From Lama glama (Eukaryota): a DNA stretch of 64,000 nt. The stretch lies in NCBI GenBank assembly GCA_028534125.1, contig CM052822.1, forward strand, positions 77,996,001 to 78,060,000. The letters run 5' to 3'. Each line of letters begins with the position of its first letter. The first letter of the stretch is position 1. Shown here in pieces: positions 25,351-37,400 of this stretch. Below the pieces are notes generated by a model that saw only the letters and a program-made list of their open reading frames with translations, was not told the origin of the DNA and did no database searches. Position numbers and translations under genes: made by a program.

Positions 25351-26199
25351 CTGGGGGGTGGTCACGGGCCCCAGCGGGTTAGCACGTGGGGGGACCGGGT
25401 GCTGACTGGCTGGCCGTGTACACCTGTTCCTGCCTCCGCCACCTCCTTCACCTGCCAGGAAGTCGGGCCGCACCTCTCCCTCCCGGTAGTCTTTGGAGCA
25501 GACGTGCAGCCACGGAGGACGTGCCCTGGGAGGGACTTCCCTGGGGTCCTGGGAACTTGCTGTCCACGCCTTGGAGAGGGTCCTCTCACGGCCAGCTCGG
25601 TGCAGGGGCTGGGGGGCAGAGCTGGGCCTCTTGTTGCCCTCCTGGGGGTCCTGGCCGGTCTGTCGTCAGAAGGCCCAGCTCTGATGCACACAGACGCCAT
25701 CCGCACCGTCTCCCCAGAGAGCCGTCGACACCCTGGGAAGGGCTAATTAAACCCGTGCACAAATATGACGAGGACTTAAAGAACTAATGGAACAGTTCAC
25801 TTATCACACAGCCCTAGCTGGAAATGACTCAGGCTAAGAATGTCTGCTCAACAAGGGTTTAATTCTAGCCGACAATTCTGAGCCAAGCATTGATGAAAGG
25901 CAACTTTTCATTCCCACACCAAAAGGACACTCTCCCCTTTTAGATAAAAAGAGAAATTGCTCAGGGAGCTGACTGCCTCCTGGTCTGAGGGTCACCAGAG
26001 GCGTCCACGCTTATCCCTGGGCCAGGGAGGGGTCTGCTGCCTGGGAGGGTGGTGTGGGCCTTTCAGCCTCGGGGATCTGCCCGTGGGGCCCTGATGCACA
26101 CGGACTGTTGTAAATTCTGAGGAGAACACTAGGAATGCGTGTGTGTGCACGTGCAAAGGAGAGAGAGAAGGGGGCAAAGAGAGACACAGAGAGGAACCG

Positions 26200-26373
26200 C
26201 AGGGGTCCAGCCCTGCTGAGCCCGGGTGCCCCTCCTGACAGCAGCCACACGAGAGACCCCAGTGACACCAGTAGTTGAGCCCAGTCAGCACCAGAGTCGC
26301 GAGAAATAGTAAAGCACTTTCTGCGTGAAGCCTCCAGGTGGGGGATGTTTGTTACCCGGCAATGGCTGACGGG
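26200..26373 (+). mobile_element. MaLR LTR 3' fragment (older MLT1-like)
   Basis: gagcccagtcagcaccagagtcgcgagaaatagtaaa...gaagcc...ggggatgtttgttacccggcaat resembles the MLT1 3' end. Confidence 0.5.
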
Positions 26374-27406
26374 CAGAGAGGCACTGGGCAGGGAGGAGCT
26401 CACAGGCTGGTCCAGGAGACAGCGCTCGGACCTCGGCCCTGATTCCGGCCTCCACCTCCCCCAGCCCCTGTGCTCCCTAGCCCTCCCGTCTCAGGGTTGG
26501 GAGACCTCTCACATCTCGTCTCGGACCCCGACCCCAGCACCACCTGCAGCAGCTCCACGCCCTCCTCGCTGGGCCTGCCCTTTTCCCGAATATCGTAGGC
26601 AAACTACCAGGTGCAGGTCCAAGGCAAGCCCCGGGGAGGGGCTCCGGACCACAGCCCCGCCATCTTCACACACAAAGGCCTCCTCCCCGCCTGCCCTCCT
26701 CCCCGGACCCTCCCCGGCCAGTCCATGCCCAGGTCCCACGTGTTGGCTCCACCCAGCGCATTGTACCCACATGTGTTCTGTGTGTGTCCCGGCTCCGCGG
26801 TTTCAGCCGGCTTGCCTGGGACCTGCTGGGACCCGGGTCATCCTGGTCAGGAGGGACAGTGGGAGGAGGGGCCTCGGGGGGCTGGTCACCGTCTGGGTCC
26901 AGCAGGGATCTGACTAGAGGTGCACAGGTGTTCACCTTCTGGCCCAATGGTTTATGACCAAACGGTCCAAGTTGAGGCAGAAGCCAGGTACCCCCGTCGC
27001 AGAAAGCGCTTCAGACCAGCTGTGCTGCAGCTACGGCTTGTTACTGGGAATCAAGGCAGCTGGTATTGAAGCCATGCAGCGGGTCGACGCAGCAGAGCAG
27101 CTCCTTCCCGGCGCGGCCAGCTGCTGGCCGGCGTCGGTTCCCCCGCGCACGTCCGGCCAGGTCGGGGGACTGGGGACTTCTGGGTCCCTCCTTGCCTTCT
27201 TTTCCCCTCAGACTCACTGTATTTTTTGCAGTTGAATCAAAGGGGATGCAATTTTGGATGGAAGTGGATGTCAGTCTGGACTGTTTCCTGCTTGTGAAAT
27301 TGAGAAACTACGAAGTTAACGTTCAGCTTTTAATTCATTCTCAGAAGTTGAGATGTGTCCCCGAGGCAGAATTGTTCTAAGTACAGGCAAATCATTGAAA
27401 ATTCTT

Positions 27407-27554
27407 AAAAAATTTTTTTACAGTTTTTTTTGAAGGGGGAGGAATTAGGTTTATTTATTAATTATTGTTATTTTTAATGGAGGCACTGGCGATTGAACCC
27501 AGGACCTTGAGCATGGTAAGCACACACTCTACCACTGAGCTATACCCTCCCTTC
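27407..27554 (-). mobile_element. tRNA-derived SINE, camelid Vic-1-like, with 11-bp target-site duplication
   Basis: Minus strand reads GGGAGGGTATAGCTCAGTGGTAGAG (A box)...CCTGGGTTCAATCGCCAG (B box)...CCTCCATTAAAAATAA...AAACCTAATTCCTCCCCC plus an A-rich tail. TSD tgaaaattctt at 27396-27406 and 27555-27565. Confidence 0.9.
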
Positions 27555-29789
27555 TGAAAATTCTTGTACGTGAATTTGTTTAACTTTATACTTGGACACC
27601 AAACGATCGTATAGAAATAATAATTTTGTTATCATCTGGTTGCTATATCCTGCCTTATGTTATCATTCACATTTTTATGAATTTCTTCTGAGCCCCAAAG
27701 CATGTAACGTTCCCCCTGAAGTTCCACAGGTGGCTCTCCTTACTGGTCATGTAAGTGCCCGCCCCCAAGGCTGCCCGACGGCCGCTGCCTCCTTGCGTCC
27801 ATGCGCTGGCTCCACGCTCCCGCCCCTCCACCCTCGCTGGGCAGGGAGCTGTGACCTATGTCTTCCTGGGGCGGTGGCGGGGAGCTGGGCCTGGGGGAGG
27901 CCAGAAGGCGACCAGAGCGTGGGCTTCTTCCAAACTTGCCGAGGTTTGTGGACTCGGCCTTTAGTTTGGATCAAAGAAAACAATTTTGGTTTCATATTTT
28001 TGCTAAAATTAAATTTGAAGGCTGACCTTTAAAGCTACTTCTGTCTCCCACCGAAAACGCTCCTGCCCCTTTGGGTCCTGGTGCTGAAATCGAGGTCTGC
28101 TGAGCCGTGTGGAAGATGCAGTCATTTTGGCTTTTGCCTGAACCTCCTCTGCGAATAAAGCTTCCCTTGTCGTCAAGCTTCACTTCCCTTTGCTTCGTTT
28201 TAGAGGCTGTGGTACGTCTCCCCCTTTCACGGGAGCCCGGAGTCTGGAAACCAGCAGCCCCCCAACCTGGGCTGCATGCCGGCTCGTGGGGCCGGGTTCT
28301 CCGCCACCGGCCGCTCCCTTGGTCGGCTGGGGCCGCCACCTTCCTGACCTTTTGTTTCAAAGATTTCAATGCGTAAACAGCTGGGCTGCGGGCTTCTGCT
28401 GTTGGCCTCCCGCCCTCACCAGCCTGCGCGGACCAGGCCTGCGGTGTCGCGAGGAGGCCTGTTGACGCAGGGGGTCTTAGAATCACCTAAAATGGTCACA
28501 GGCTTCTGTATGTTTAGGGAAGTTTGATTTCAATGTAAGAAAAAGAATCGAATTTTTATGCAACCTAGTAAGAACAAGATTAAAATCTGAGACGCACACC
28601 CTGCTGAGCAGGTTCATTCACAGAGCAGGTCTCCCCTGCGCCTGTCGTCGCTGCTCGGTCTCTGGGGTGAGCAAGTCCCCCAGGGCCCTGCACGTGGCAG
28701 GTGTTGCTCTGCTCACAGGACACAGCGGACGCTTAAGGCTGAGTCACGGCACTGCCACACATCAGGGCTCCGAGGCCGGGGGCTGGGGCCGGGTGCGGCC
28801 CGCCCTGCCCCAAGCAGGTCTGTCCACAGCACAGGCGAGGGTGGCAGGTGCAGGGACGCAGCTTATAAGCGCACTCGGCCGGGACGCCCTTCCCTGGGCC
28901 CCCCCATGCAGACGCCTGTCCTCTGACCCCAGCCTCCGTGTGGTCTCCAAGTACCCTCTGGGCCCTGTGGCCCTGCCACCTGGCACGTCCCTGCCTGACT
29001 CCCTCCCCTGATGTTCAGGAGGGAAAGGGGAGGGGAGGAGATGCCTGGCTTTGCTGGCCCCTCGCCCTCCTTGTGCGGAGCTGACAGGGGCTGAGGCAGC
29101 AGCAGAGAAAGACCGTCAAGGCCGAGCGGTGATCTGGGAGGGGGTGGTGGCTTGAGTTTGGGGGGGAGCTGCAGGGGTGCTGGGGCTGGGTCCCGGGTGG
29201 GGTGTGAAGCATGAGAGGAAGAGGGGCCACCATGACCCCGCTGGTCTGCTCGGGCATCTGCAGGTTGCAGCTGCCACCATGGAAATGGGAGGACAGAGCA
29301 GGGCCACCAGGGCGGGCTATGGCCTCTTTGGGCTTGAGACCGTGGCTGGACGCCACAGAGGCTGGCAGGATGCAGTCCTGGGCTTCAGGGGGACGACTGA
29401 GTTGCACGAGACCATGTGGGGCGGGTGGCCCCTGAGGACTGCACAGCAAGGACTCAAGCCGCGTCTGTCTGACAGTTACCTCCACTCCCCAGCCCTTGTG
29501 GTCTGAGGGCAGGACTTCGATGCGAGGTCCGCTCTGGGCAAAGGGGTCCCTTCAGGCCAGTCAGCAGACATGGGGCTCAGGTGGTCTCTGGGGCATGAGC
29601 TCTCTGTGTGATGGACGTTGCCTCAAGCTGCTGTTTTTGTTTTCTGTCTTGTTCCAAAATAGAATTTGGAGCAGTTTGCAGAGATGAACACAGCAGAGGA
29701 GGTCAGGGAAGGGAAGAGGCGGAGTGAGGACCGCTGCCCTGGTCCTCTCCCCTTGCACTCTGTGCACCCGTGCTCCCGCCTAAGCCCGA

Positions 29790-29960
29790 GGCCGAGGGTC
29801 TCTCCAAACCACGGGCCGAACACTCCTGCTGGCGCTTGTTAAACACCCAGATTCCCAGCTCCTCCCAAGGAGACCCCGACTCAGTACACTGGGCCCTGGA
29901 ATTGGCCCCTCCCAGCCCCGGGAAGAGCGGAAGCTTCCAAAAGACGTTTTGGAATTAGAA
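29790..29960. mobile_element. MER5-like hAT-Charlie DNA transposon remnant
   Basis: gcttgttaaacacccagattcccagctcc...gagaccccgactcagt...gggccctggaat resembles the MER5 core. Confidence 0.5.
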
Positions 29961-32659
29961 GCCGTGCCATTCCAAGCCATGAGACTTCTGTGTATGCTCC
30001 TCCTTCAGAGCAGACGCCCCCGGAGGGAGGAGAGAGCGAGATAAAGACAGAGAGACGGACGCAGGACAGAGGGACAGAGAGGCGGGCAGACCGCACACAG
30101 AGGTGCGCAGGCAGAGGCAGGGCGAGCCCAGGGGGGCGCGGAAGTCAGGCTCAGACACAGACGTGGGAGGGACGGAGGCGCCTGCTCCTTCGTGCATTTC
30201 CATCCTGTCTCTCTTCATCCTGAGAACCGACCTCCCCCGGCCTGAGACGGCCTCTCTGGGGACGAGGCTTCTTTTGGAGCCGGAAGCCAACCCACGAGGC
30301 TCAGATCCACCAGGTGCCTGTGAGCGGTCCCGCAGCGCCGCCCCAACCCAGCCCCTGGACCGAGTGTCCACCACGGCCTGACCCGCCACATGGGAACAGT
30401 CACACGGCCTGGAAGGGTGCCAGCCCCGTGGGGGCACCGCTCGCTCCCGCTCCAGGAGGGAGAGAGGGCCTGGCTCCCAGAGCGCCGTCCAGAAACCCGC
30501 GGCAGTGTTCACCAGCCGCGCTCAGCTCGGAAGACAAACGACACCCACCATATGGTTTGTCTCATAAACGGAGCAACCGAAATGGCTAAGACCAGCTTCA
30601 AAGCAAATATCCAGAATAAAATGAAAATCAGCCATTGTTTGGGAACAAAGGTGTCATCAAATTCTCATTTTCTATTCCAATAAACATCTTTGAGTTAATG
30701 CCTATTCCACTAATTATGAAGGTTTTTTATTAGCGTTCTACTTGATTAATAAAGCACACAGCACAGATTACATATAATATTGCCGGCAGTCCCCGCGGGA
30801 CAAGTGTGATGGCTTCACGCACACAATTGAGAGCGAGAAGGGGGAGACGGCTGAGTGCTCGGGGCCGCGGGCAAACCCACTTTTCACACGTACGAAGCTA
30901 ATTTCATAAGAAATAAATAAAGCATCTTAGTGTGCGCGCATCCGTGTACACCGTCCAGCAAAATACGCGGACAGCACCGGCTGGTCCTCGTTGGGGTGTC
31001 TTCTCTGTGGGCTGCACGTGGTTCGTCGAGCGGATTGCCTCTGCTGGCGCTGGGACCACAGGGCTTCGCTGGGGCGGAGCGGACGCTAAGCGCTTTTCAA
31101 GGAGGATTCCCTGCGCCACGTGGGTGGGGGACCCAGACCCACCCCGGCAGACAGCACCCGTCTCCTTCCAGCTGGACGGCTGCACCTGCCGCCCTCCAAA
31201 CTCCTCCCGTCCTCACTGTGTGGCCCCGAGGGAGAGGCGCATCTCCGCTGGCTCGTGCCCACTCGCAGGAGCAGATGGCTAATTTTTTAGGAATTTTATG
31301 GGCTGGTTATTAATACAGCCACTATTAAAAATTAAATCGTGTGAACTGACAGATTGATACACAGGTAATATATACTCAAAACTTACAGCTCCCTGATTGA
31401 TCTCACTCTGTCTTACTCTCATCGTTTTCACCTGCCGAGTCCACACTGAAGCCCTTCACGGCGGTGTGTTCCCGTCAGAAATCAGCAGACACGGCAAGTC
31501 AAGGCTTTGTTTTTGTTTTGTTGGTCGGCCGGCCAGACTGTAAGAAGAGGCGGAGACACCGACGATACTGATTCACCCTGAAAGCGAGGGCGTCACATCT
31601 GAACAGCACACAGCAGCTTCCTCCAGAGCCGGGAAACCACCGTCTGACTCGGCAGAGAAACGCGTGCCCCACGGATGAGCCAGGGAAGTCCTGACCCACG
31701 TCCCCTGACGAGGCGGAAACACTGACCCGTGTCCACACCGAGGCCACAGCTGCTCCCCAGCCGCAGCCGCAGGCTGGCTGCAGACGCAGGAATCCCCCAA
31801 GACCAGAGCGAGCCTCCTGTGAGAACCCACGAGCTACGTGGCGGAGGACCGTGTGTGTGTTTTCACTGGTGCAGGCTGAGTGCAAATCTCGTAACAAACT
31901 AAGCACGCCTCTGTCCATCGTTTCAGAGAGTGGGCTGTGAGCTCCGGGTGGACACGCCAGGGACCAGCCGCACCTGCACCGGGCTCGGCATTGGCTCTGC
32001 CCACACCGACCCCCGTCTTTACTTCTCTGTCTTCAGAGCTGGCTACGCACTACATTTTAAAAGTGCCTTTGGTCCAGTGTTCCTAAATATTCCCAGAAGG
32101 AAGGGAATCTCGCAGCTCCCCAGTCTGCCGCCTGCAGATTCTGACATGTGTTTCTCACGAGACGCGCCACCTATCGCTATGTGCGCACGTGAAACGTCAG
32201 TGAGAGTAACTTTGTGGCACACGGAAAGCAGACGCTTCACGGCTGCCGGGCAGGATCCTGGCACGAAGCAAACTCGGGACAGGAGGTGCTGGGCGAGACG
32301 GAGCTGCTGGAATGTGAGTGGACGACTGTCTGGTGAGACGGAGGGGCTGATTTCTGCAGAAATGAACACTGACACGCTGGTGGACACCACAGGCCACCAA
32401 GTCTTGCCCCTGCCTGCTGACATGGGCCAGCAGGAAGAGAGGGACACCATCGCCTCACGCCCAGCAGGGCCGCCCCTCGCCGGGGTTCAAATGCTCCTGG
32501 CGTGAGCGCCAGCTTTGAGGCCGGCCCGTCTCTCTGCGAGGTGGTGGGGCGCCCCCTCCACCGCGGGCAGGAAGGAGGGGGCCGCCGCGGGGTTCCCCGG
32601 ACACTCACCGGGTGCGAGGACGGGGCACAGGCCGTGCTCAGAGCGCACACCACTCCTCA

Positions 32660-34381
32660 GCTTTTGACTGAGACTGTTTAATCACTTTTTAATGAATAAA
32701 ACCTTAGTGACACCTGACACTCTGGCCCTTAGCAAACAGCCAGCCCTGCGAATAACGCAGCACCTTGGCAGAGAGCCCTACGGCGCGCACTCACCTTGCG
32801 TCTGCGGTCGAACGCCCGCCTTCGAGGAACGGAGGTCGGACGGGGAAAGACCCTGCTCGCCTCCCAAATGAAGACCATTCAAGTGTGAAATCAGAAGTTT
32901 AATCAAACAAACACAGTTAAATACAGTCACGTGTCTCACACCGAGGAAACAAAAATGTCAAAAGCCACAGGCAGGTCTACGCTCCTATATTCAGGTAAGT
33001 TATTTCCTATTAATCATTAGGTTCCCGATAGAGAAACGGCTTTGGGAGAGGAATCAGAGCTATGTTAAAGCAGATTTACACGACAACGCCGTTAAAGACA
33101 CAGACAATGTTTTGGCATCTTTCTCCCCACTCAGCCAGCCATGTTCCCTGGTCTGCTGCTCTCTGAGCTGCAACATCTGGTTAAGACGGAAGGCGTGGTG
33201 TGTCAGCCTGGAAGGACAAGGTACCAGGGCGTGTTTCATTGCCGAGACACACCTCCCTCCACATCATCGCCCTCGCCTTAATGAAACTCTCCTGCTGCTG
33301 GGGGCCCCCGCTGGCAAATTTGGTGCACAAGTGCTTTTTGGCAAATGCAAACTCTGTCCAGACGCTGGTATCTGCGTGATGTCAGACAAGTGGGCAACCT
33401 AAGGGCCAGGGGTCTGAGCCCTGGCAGGAGCCCAGGGCGGTCACTTTTCTCCAGTTGCTGTGATCCGTGTTCCTCCCGTGGGGAAAGCAACCTGTCTTCT
33501 CTGGATGCCAGCAAGGCGCCCGCCGCCCCTGTGAGGGGCCACACGTGCCTGCCGGGGGCTCACTACGTGCTCCTCCCAGCCCTCCCTGAACTGGGTCAGC
33601 CTGCAGGAGAGCGTTCACTAGCTGCACTTGATTTTGCAAAGTGCAAATCCCTATTACAAGTTAAAACCGTGTCTGGAGATTGGAAGCCACCCCCTGCCTC
33701 TCCCAGGTGAGGCGTCTCGGGGGCGGGGGGCCGGGAAGCAGGTGCTCCAGTGGGACGGCACTTGTCCTCCGGGGCCCCCGCCCACCCTGGGGTGGGCGGT
33801 TGAGGGGGGCTGTCAGCCGTGCCTGGGGGGTGTCGAGTGGCCTGGGTTGAACCAAGTGCGGGGGTGGTTCTCCTGTCGCCTGCCCCCAAGCTGCGTCCGG
33901 CCCGCACGTCCCAACTAATGGTTTCTCCCCGCAAGGGACCGTCATGAAGACAGAGCCTGCGGCCGGGGGCCTGGCCAGCTGCCCTGGGCCTCTCCACGCA
34001 CAGCAGAAGCTCCTTCAGAAAGTTCCGATCACGAGCCAGCTCTCTTCTGGGGGCCGTCCTGGCTGCGTGGGTCACTGCATCGTCAGGACGACAGGGTTTG
34101 CAGCAAGGAATGAAAGGTGTGCTTTAAGGAAAAATAAACCTTTTTTCCAAGAGAGTGAAAGTAGATGAACCGGCCGCCCCGTAACTGCATGTTCCCACAG
34201 ACCTCTGTTTAGTACTGTCTGGCTGAACAAAAATACACATTTTAACTGCTGAACGGCACAGACCGCAGAGCCTCAGGGCCGACCACCGGGCAGCCGCTCC
34301 AGGAGACACAGCCGAGTCGTCCTCGGTCCCGACGGCGGCAGTGCCCGGGCCGGGGCTCCTCCGAGGCCCCGGGAAACGTGC
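32660..34381 (-). other. PTPRN2: PTPRN2 3' UTR (about 1.7 kb, end inferred)
   Basis: Follows the stop codon. AT-rich blocks at about 34130-34250 and 32870-33110; ends at tandem ATTAAA signals followed by a GT-rich stretch on the minus strand. Confidence 0.7.
32677..32693 (-). terminator. Probable polyadenylation signals: two ATTAAA hexamers (32688-32693 and 32677-32682)
   Basis: Minus strand reads TTTTATTCATTAAAAAGTGATTAAACAGTC, with a U-rich element upstream and GTGGTGTGC downstream. A third ATTAAA lies at about 32898-32903. Confidence 0.65.
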
Positions 34382-34453
34382 TCACTGGGGAAAGGCTTGC
34401 AGAATGGCGTTCACCTCCTCGGCCACCGCCGTCAGCGCGAACTCGAACTGCTC
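34382..34453 (-). CDS. PTPRN2: PTPRN2 terminal coding exon: EQFEFALTAVAEEVNAILQAFPQ*
   Basis: Acceptor ccttcctttgtctccag|GAG; TGA stop at 34382-34384; matches the IA-2 family C-terminus. Confidence 0.97.
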   Translation of the reverse strand, partial: EQFEFALTAVAEEVNAILQAFPQ

Positions 34454-37400
34454 CTGGAGACAAAGGAAGGAGATGTGAGCGGGTGTCCCTTCACTCGGGC
34501 CCTGAGCTCCGAGTGCTATTTTGCAGAAAGAAACCGTCCAGAACAGAAAGGGGACGCTCGCAGACTTCCGTGGAGAGAGAGGCACTGGTCTGCAGGGTGA
34601 GCCACGGCCGCTCACGCTGGGGAGCCTCAGCTCTTACCACTGGGAGGCGCTGCCGACAGAAACACCAGCAGGGAGACGGTGCCCGAGGCTCCCGGGACTG
34701 CTCGGCTCCTTCTGACTCCAGCCCTGAGCTTGCAGACCTCCTGACGGACGGGGCTGGACGGCGCCATCGCGCGTCTAAACTGCCCGTGGAGACAGTCACA
34801 GCAGCGCCCCTCGGGGCTTCCCATCCTTCCCATCCAGAAACATAAGGGGTGGTATTGTCCTTGCTCTGGAAACCCACCCATCACCCAGCCCCATCCCGCT
34901 CAGTTCCGTCTGCCCAGAAACCTCACGGCACCCACCACCGTCCAACCTAAGACGTGGGCGCACACACGTGCCCACAGACGTAGGTGCACCCGGCATGGGG
35001 CACGCCTCTCGTGCAGGTGACACCTGCCAAGACTTCTGGGGAGAAGGGATGGACTGTCCACCCCCAGGAGACTGGGGCTCAGCAGACGGAGGGCGAGCCC
35101 ACCCCCCCCCCCCGAGCCCCCTGTGCGCCCAAACTCTGTGCCAAAAACTTGAAAGCAGCTCATCAGGCACGTTCCAATCACGCCAGGGAATTCACAAAAA
35201 TAAGTGATGTGAACTCCCACCTGGTCAAGGATTTAGCTCAGGGAAAGCCCTGCCAAGGCTTGAACACTTGGCAGTTCAAGTCCTAAGCGGACTGGAGCAC
35301 GAATGATTAATCTCCACCTTGGCCAGCACATCACAGAAAGTAGAAGCAGCTCCCGTTAGAACGGCAGAAAGTCAACCTAACTGAACGCTCACTTTGGGGC
35401 AAAAGTGTTTCTCACTAGTGTCCCCTTGGCCTGACACTGGAGGGAGGGTCTGCTCGGTTCCAATGTGGAGCCTCTGCTCGTGGCCACCAGCCTCCAAAGG
35501 ACGTCCTGGAAACCCTCGCGGAGACCTTCCGGCGCCGCCTGCAGTGACTGCGTCCAGACTGGGGCTGTGGGAGGCATGTCCACGTGTGTCCAGCACCGTC
35601 CAGCACCGAGTTCCCAGGGACACGGTCCCTCCCCTCCCCTCCAGGGGCTGGCGCTCGGTCCTGCTGTCACCGGGACGCGCGCAAACACGCCCTCGGGAAG
35701 CCGCCTCCCGCCGCGTCTCTCACGGTCTGCTCAGAGGAACGGTCCGTGCAGGGCAGGGGCGGCCACCGCAGGTGGCTTCCTCCCCGACGGTGACTTGCCG
35801 ACGGGCAGACCAAGGTCTTGTGAGGAGAGGGAGCCTCTGGGAATCTGCCTGTGCACATCACATGGTGGTTGCTATGGAAATTTGTTCTAAGAATTCATCT
35901 TTAAAGGGAGAAACAGACAAGCACGGGACAGGCACCATGGCCTCACTCCGTGAGATGCCGGAAAGCACCCACCGCCAAAGAGGAGTCCGTTATTTTACAG
36001 AAAAGGGTCTAATAAGAAAGCCAACGTTTATGGCCGCATGTTAAGTGACACACGCAGAGGCAGACTCGCGCCCGTGTCTGGACCGGAGTTACTCAAGCAC
36101 TCCGTCCACAGCACAACGCAGCGCAAGGGGCACGAGGGCCAAGCAGGCGTCGTGCTGACCGTGCGGCCGAGGGGCTGACCTGCGGGCTTCCCGGAGCTGG
36201 GGTCTCTAACCGGGAGGGGCGCCGACAGCCCAGCTGGGAGGAGGGGGTCCCGGATGGAGGGCCTTGGCAGGGAGGGGTGCTGCGCCCTCGGGCTCGTTGG
36301 CGCTCTGCACCGTCACCCGCAAGGTGCCTGCCAGGCGGCAGCTCTGGTGCCGGCGGCTCGCCCCGTCACGGGGCCGGGGGACCGTGTGAGGCCCGCAGTT
36401 CGAGGAGCCCCGCCTCGGCTGAGACATCTGTGTAGGAACCCTGGGACTTGGGAAGTCCCCAGCGTTTGAAGTCCTCTTGGGATTTTAAGGAAACCATTAG
36501 AATAACAGGCAGAAGCTGCACTTCAGGAATGAAACACAGTAAATGACAAGACAACACTGGCGCAGACCCACTCTCAGGACAGGCTCCCTGAGCAGGAAGG
36601 CTCGGAGCTCCTGGACGTAAGACGTCCGAGCCGGCTGGCTTTGCCAAGACAGGAAGTCAGGAAGCGGGCTGACAGCTCTGAATGAGAAAATGTGCTGAGC
36701 GAAACGTGGGCCCTGCAGGGCCCGGTCCACGGCGTGAGGGGTGACTGAGGCAGGACAGGGGAGCGGGGTTCAGGCTGGAGGAGTGTCTGTCCCTGCCCTG
36801 AGCCCACCCAGGACAGGGACAGCGAGTGGGAACGGCCCCTACCGGCCGGCCGTGATGGCTGGAGGACGCGTGTGCCAGCTGGGCCAGCTGCTGGACGGGC
36901 AGCGGGCAGACTGCCCGGCCCTGGGGCTCGGTCCCTCACCTCACAGGTCAACATGAACTGAGGAAGGGACGGAGCGACTCCGGCTGTGGGGTCTCAAATG
37001 TCGCGGCTTCACGTCGGCCACAGGAGGGGCCTGTCCTGACTGCCCGGTCCGAGACCCTGTGCATTTAAAAGGCCCGGACTGAGTGGCAGGAGAGGTGGGC
37101 TGGGGCTCAGCTCTGCATGGAAGCTGCGTGGCCCTGGGCAAGTCGCCGGGACTCTCTGAGCCTTCCACGCAGAGTTGGGGGGCCAGGTGGAGAGGCCGTG
37201 GGGCGGGGGTGGGGCTGCTCGCGTGTGTTTGGATTTGTAGTTCGTCTCAGATTTGAATCTGCCATCCTCCGGCTCACACGAGGACTGGTGGGTTTATAGG
37301 AACTGAGTGCACTAATCTCCCTTCATCAGCCCTGATGGCAGGGCCCAGGGAACGGCACCTCTACGGGGCTCAAGAAACCCCCTCCAGGCTGTGCTCCCAG

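Noticed and set aside
27470-27552. tRNA-like A/B-box sequence as a tRNA gene (also 15705-15781)
   Set aside because: Has an A-rich tail and target-site duplications, so it is a SINE rather than a tRNA gene.
30952-30980. RE1/REST-like site (tccagcaaaatacgcggacagcacc)
   Set aside because: The right half matches, but the left half lacks the conserved ACC and the spacing is non-canonical; too weak to call.
90-32600. Many 100-320 aa ORFs on both strands (e.g. 18407-19363, 2186-3004, 12978-13751)
   Set aside because: Pro/Gly/Ala/Arg-rich, overlapping in all frames, with no recognisable domain or exon structure. This is expected from stop-codon scarcity in very GC-rich DNA, and several lie within L1 relics.
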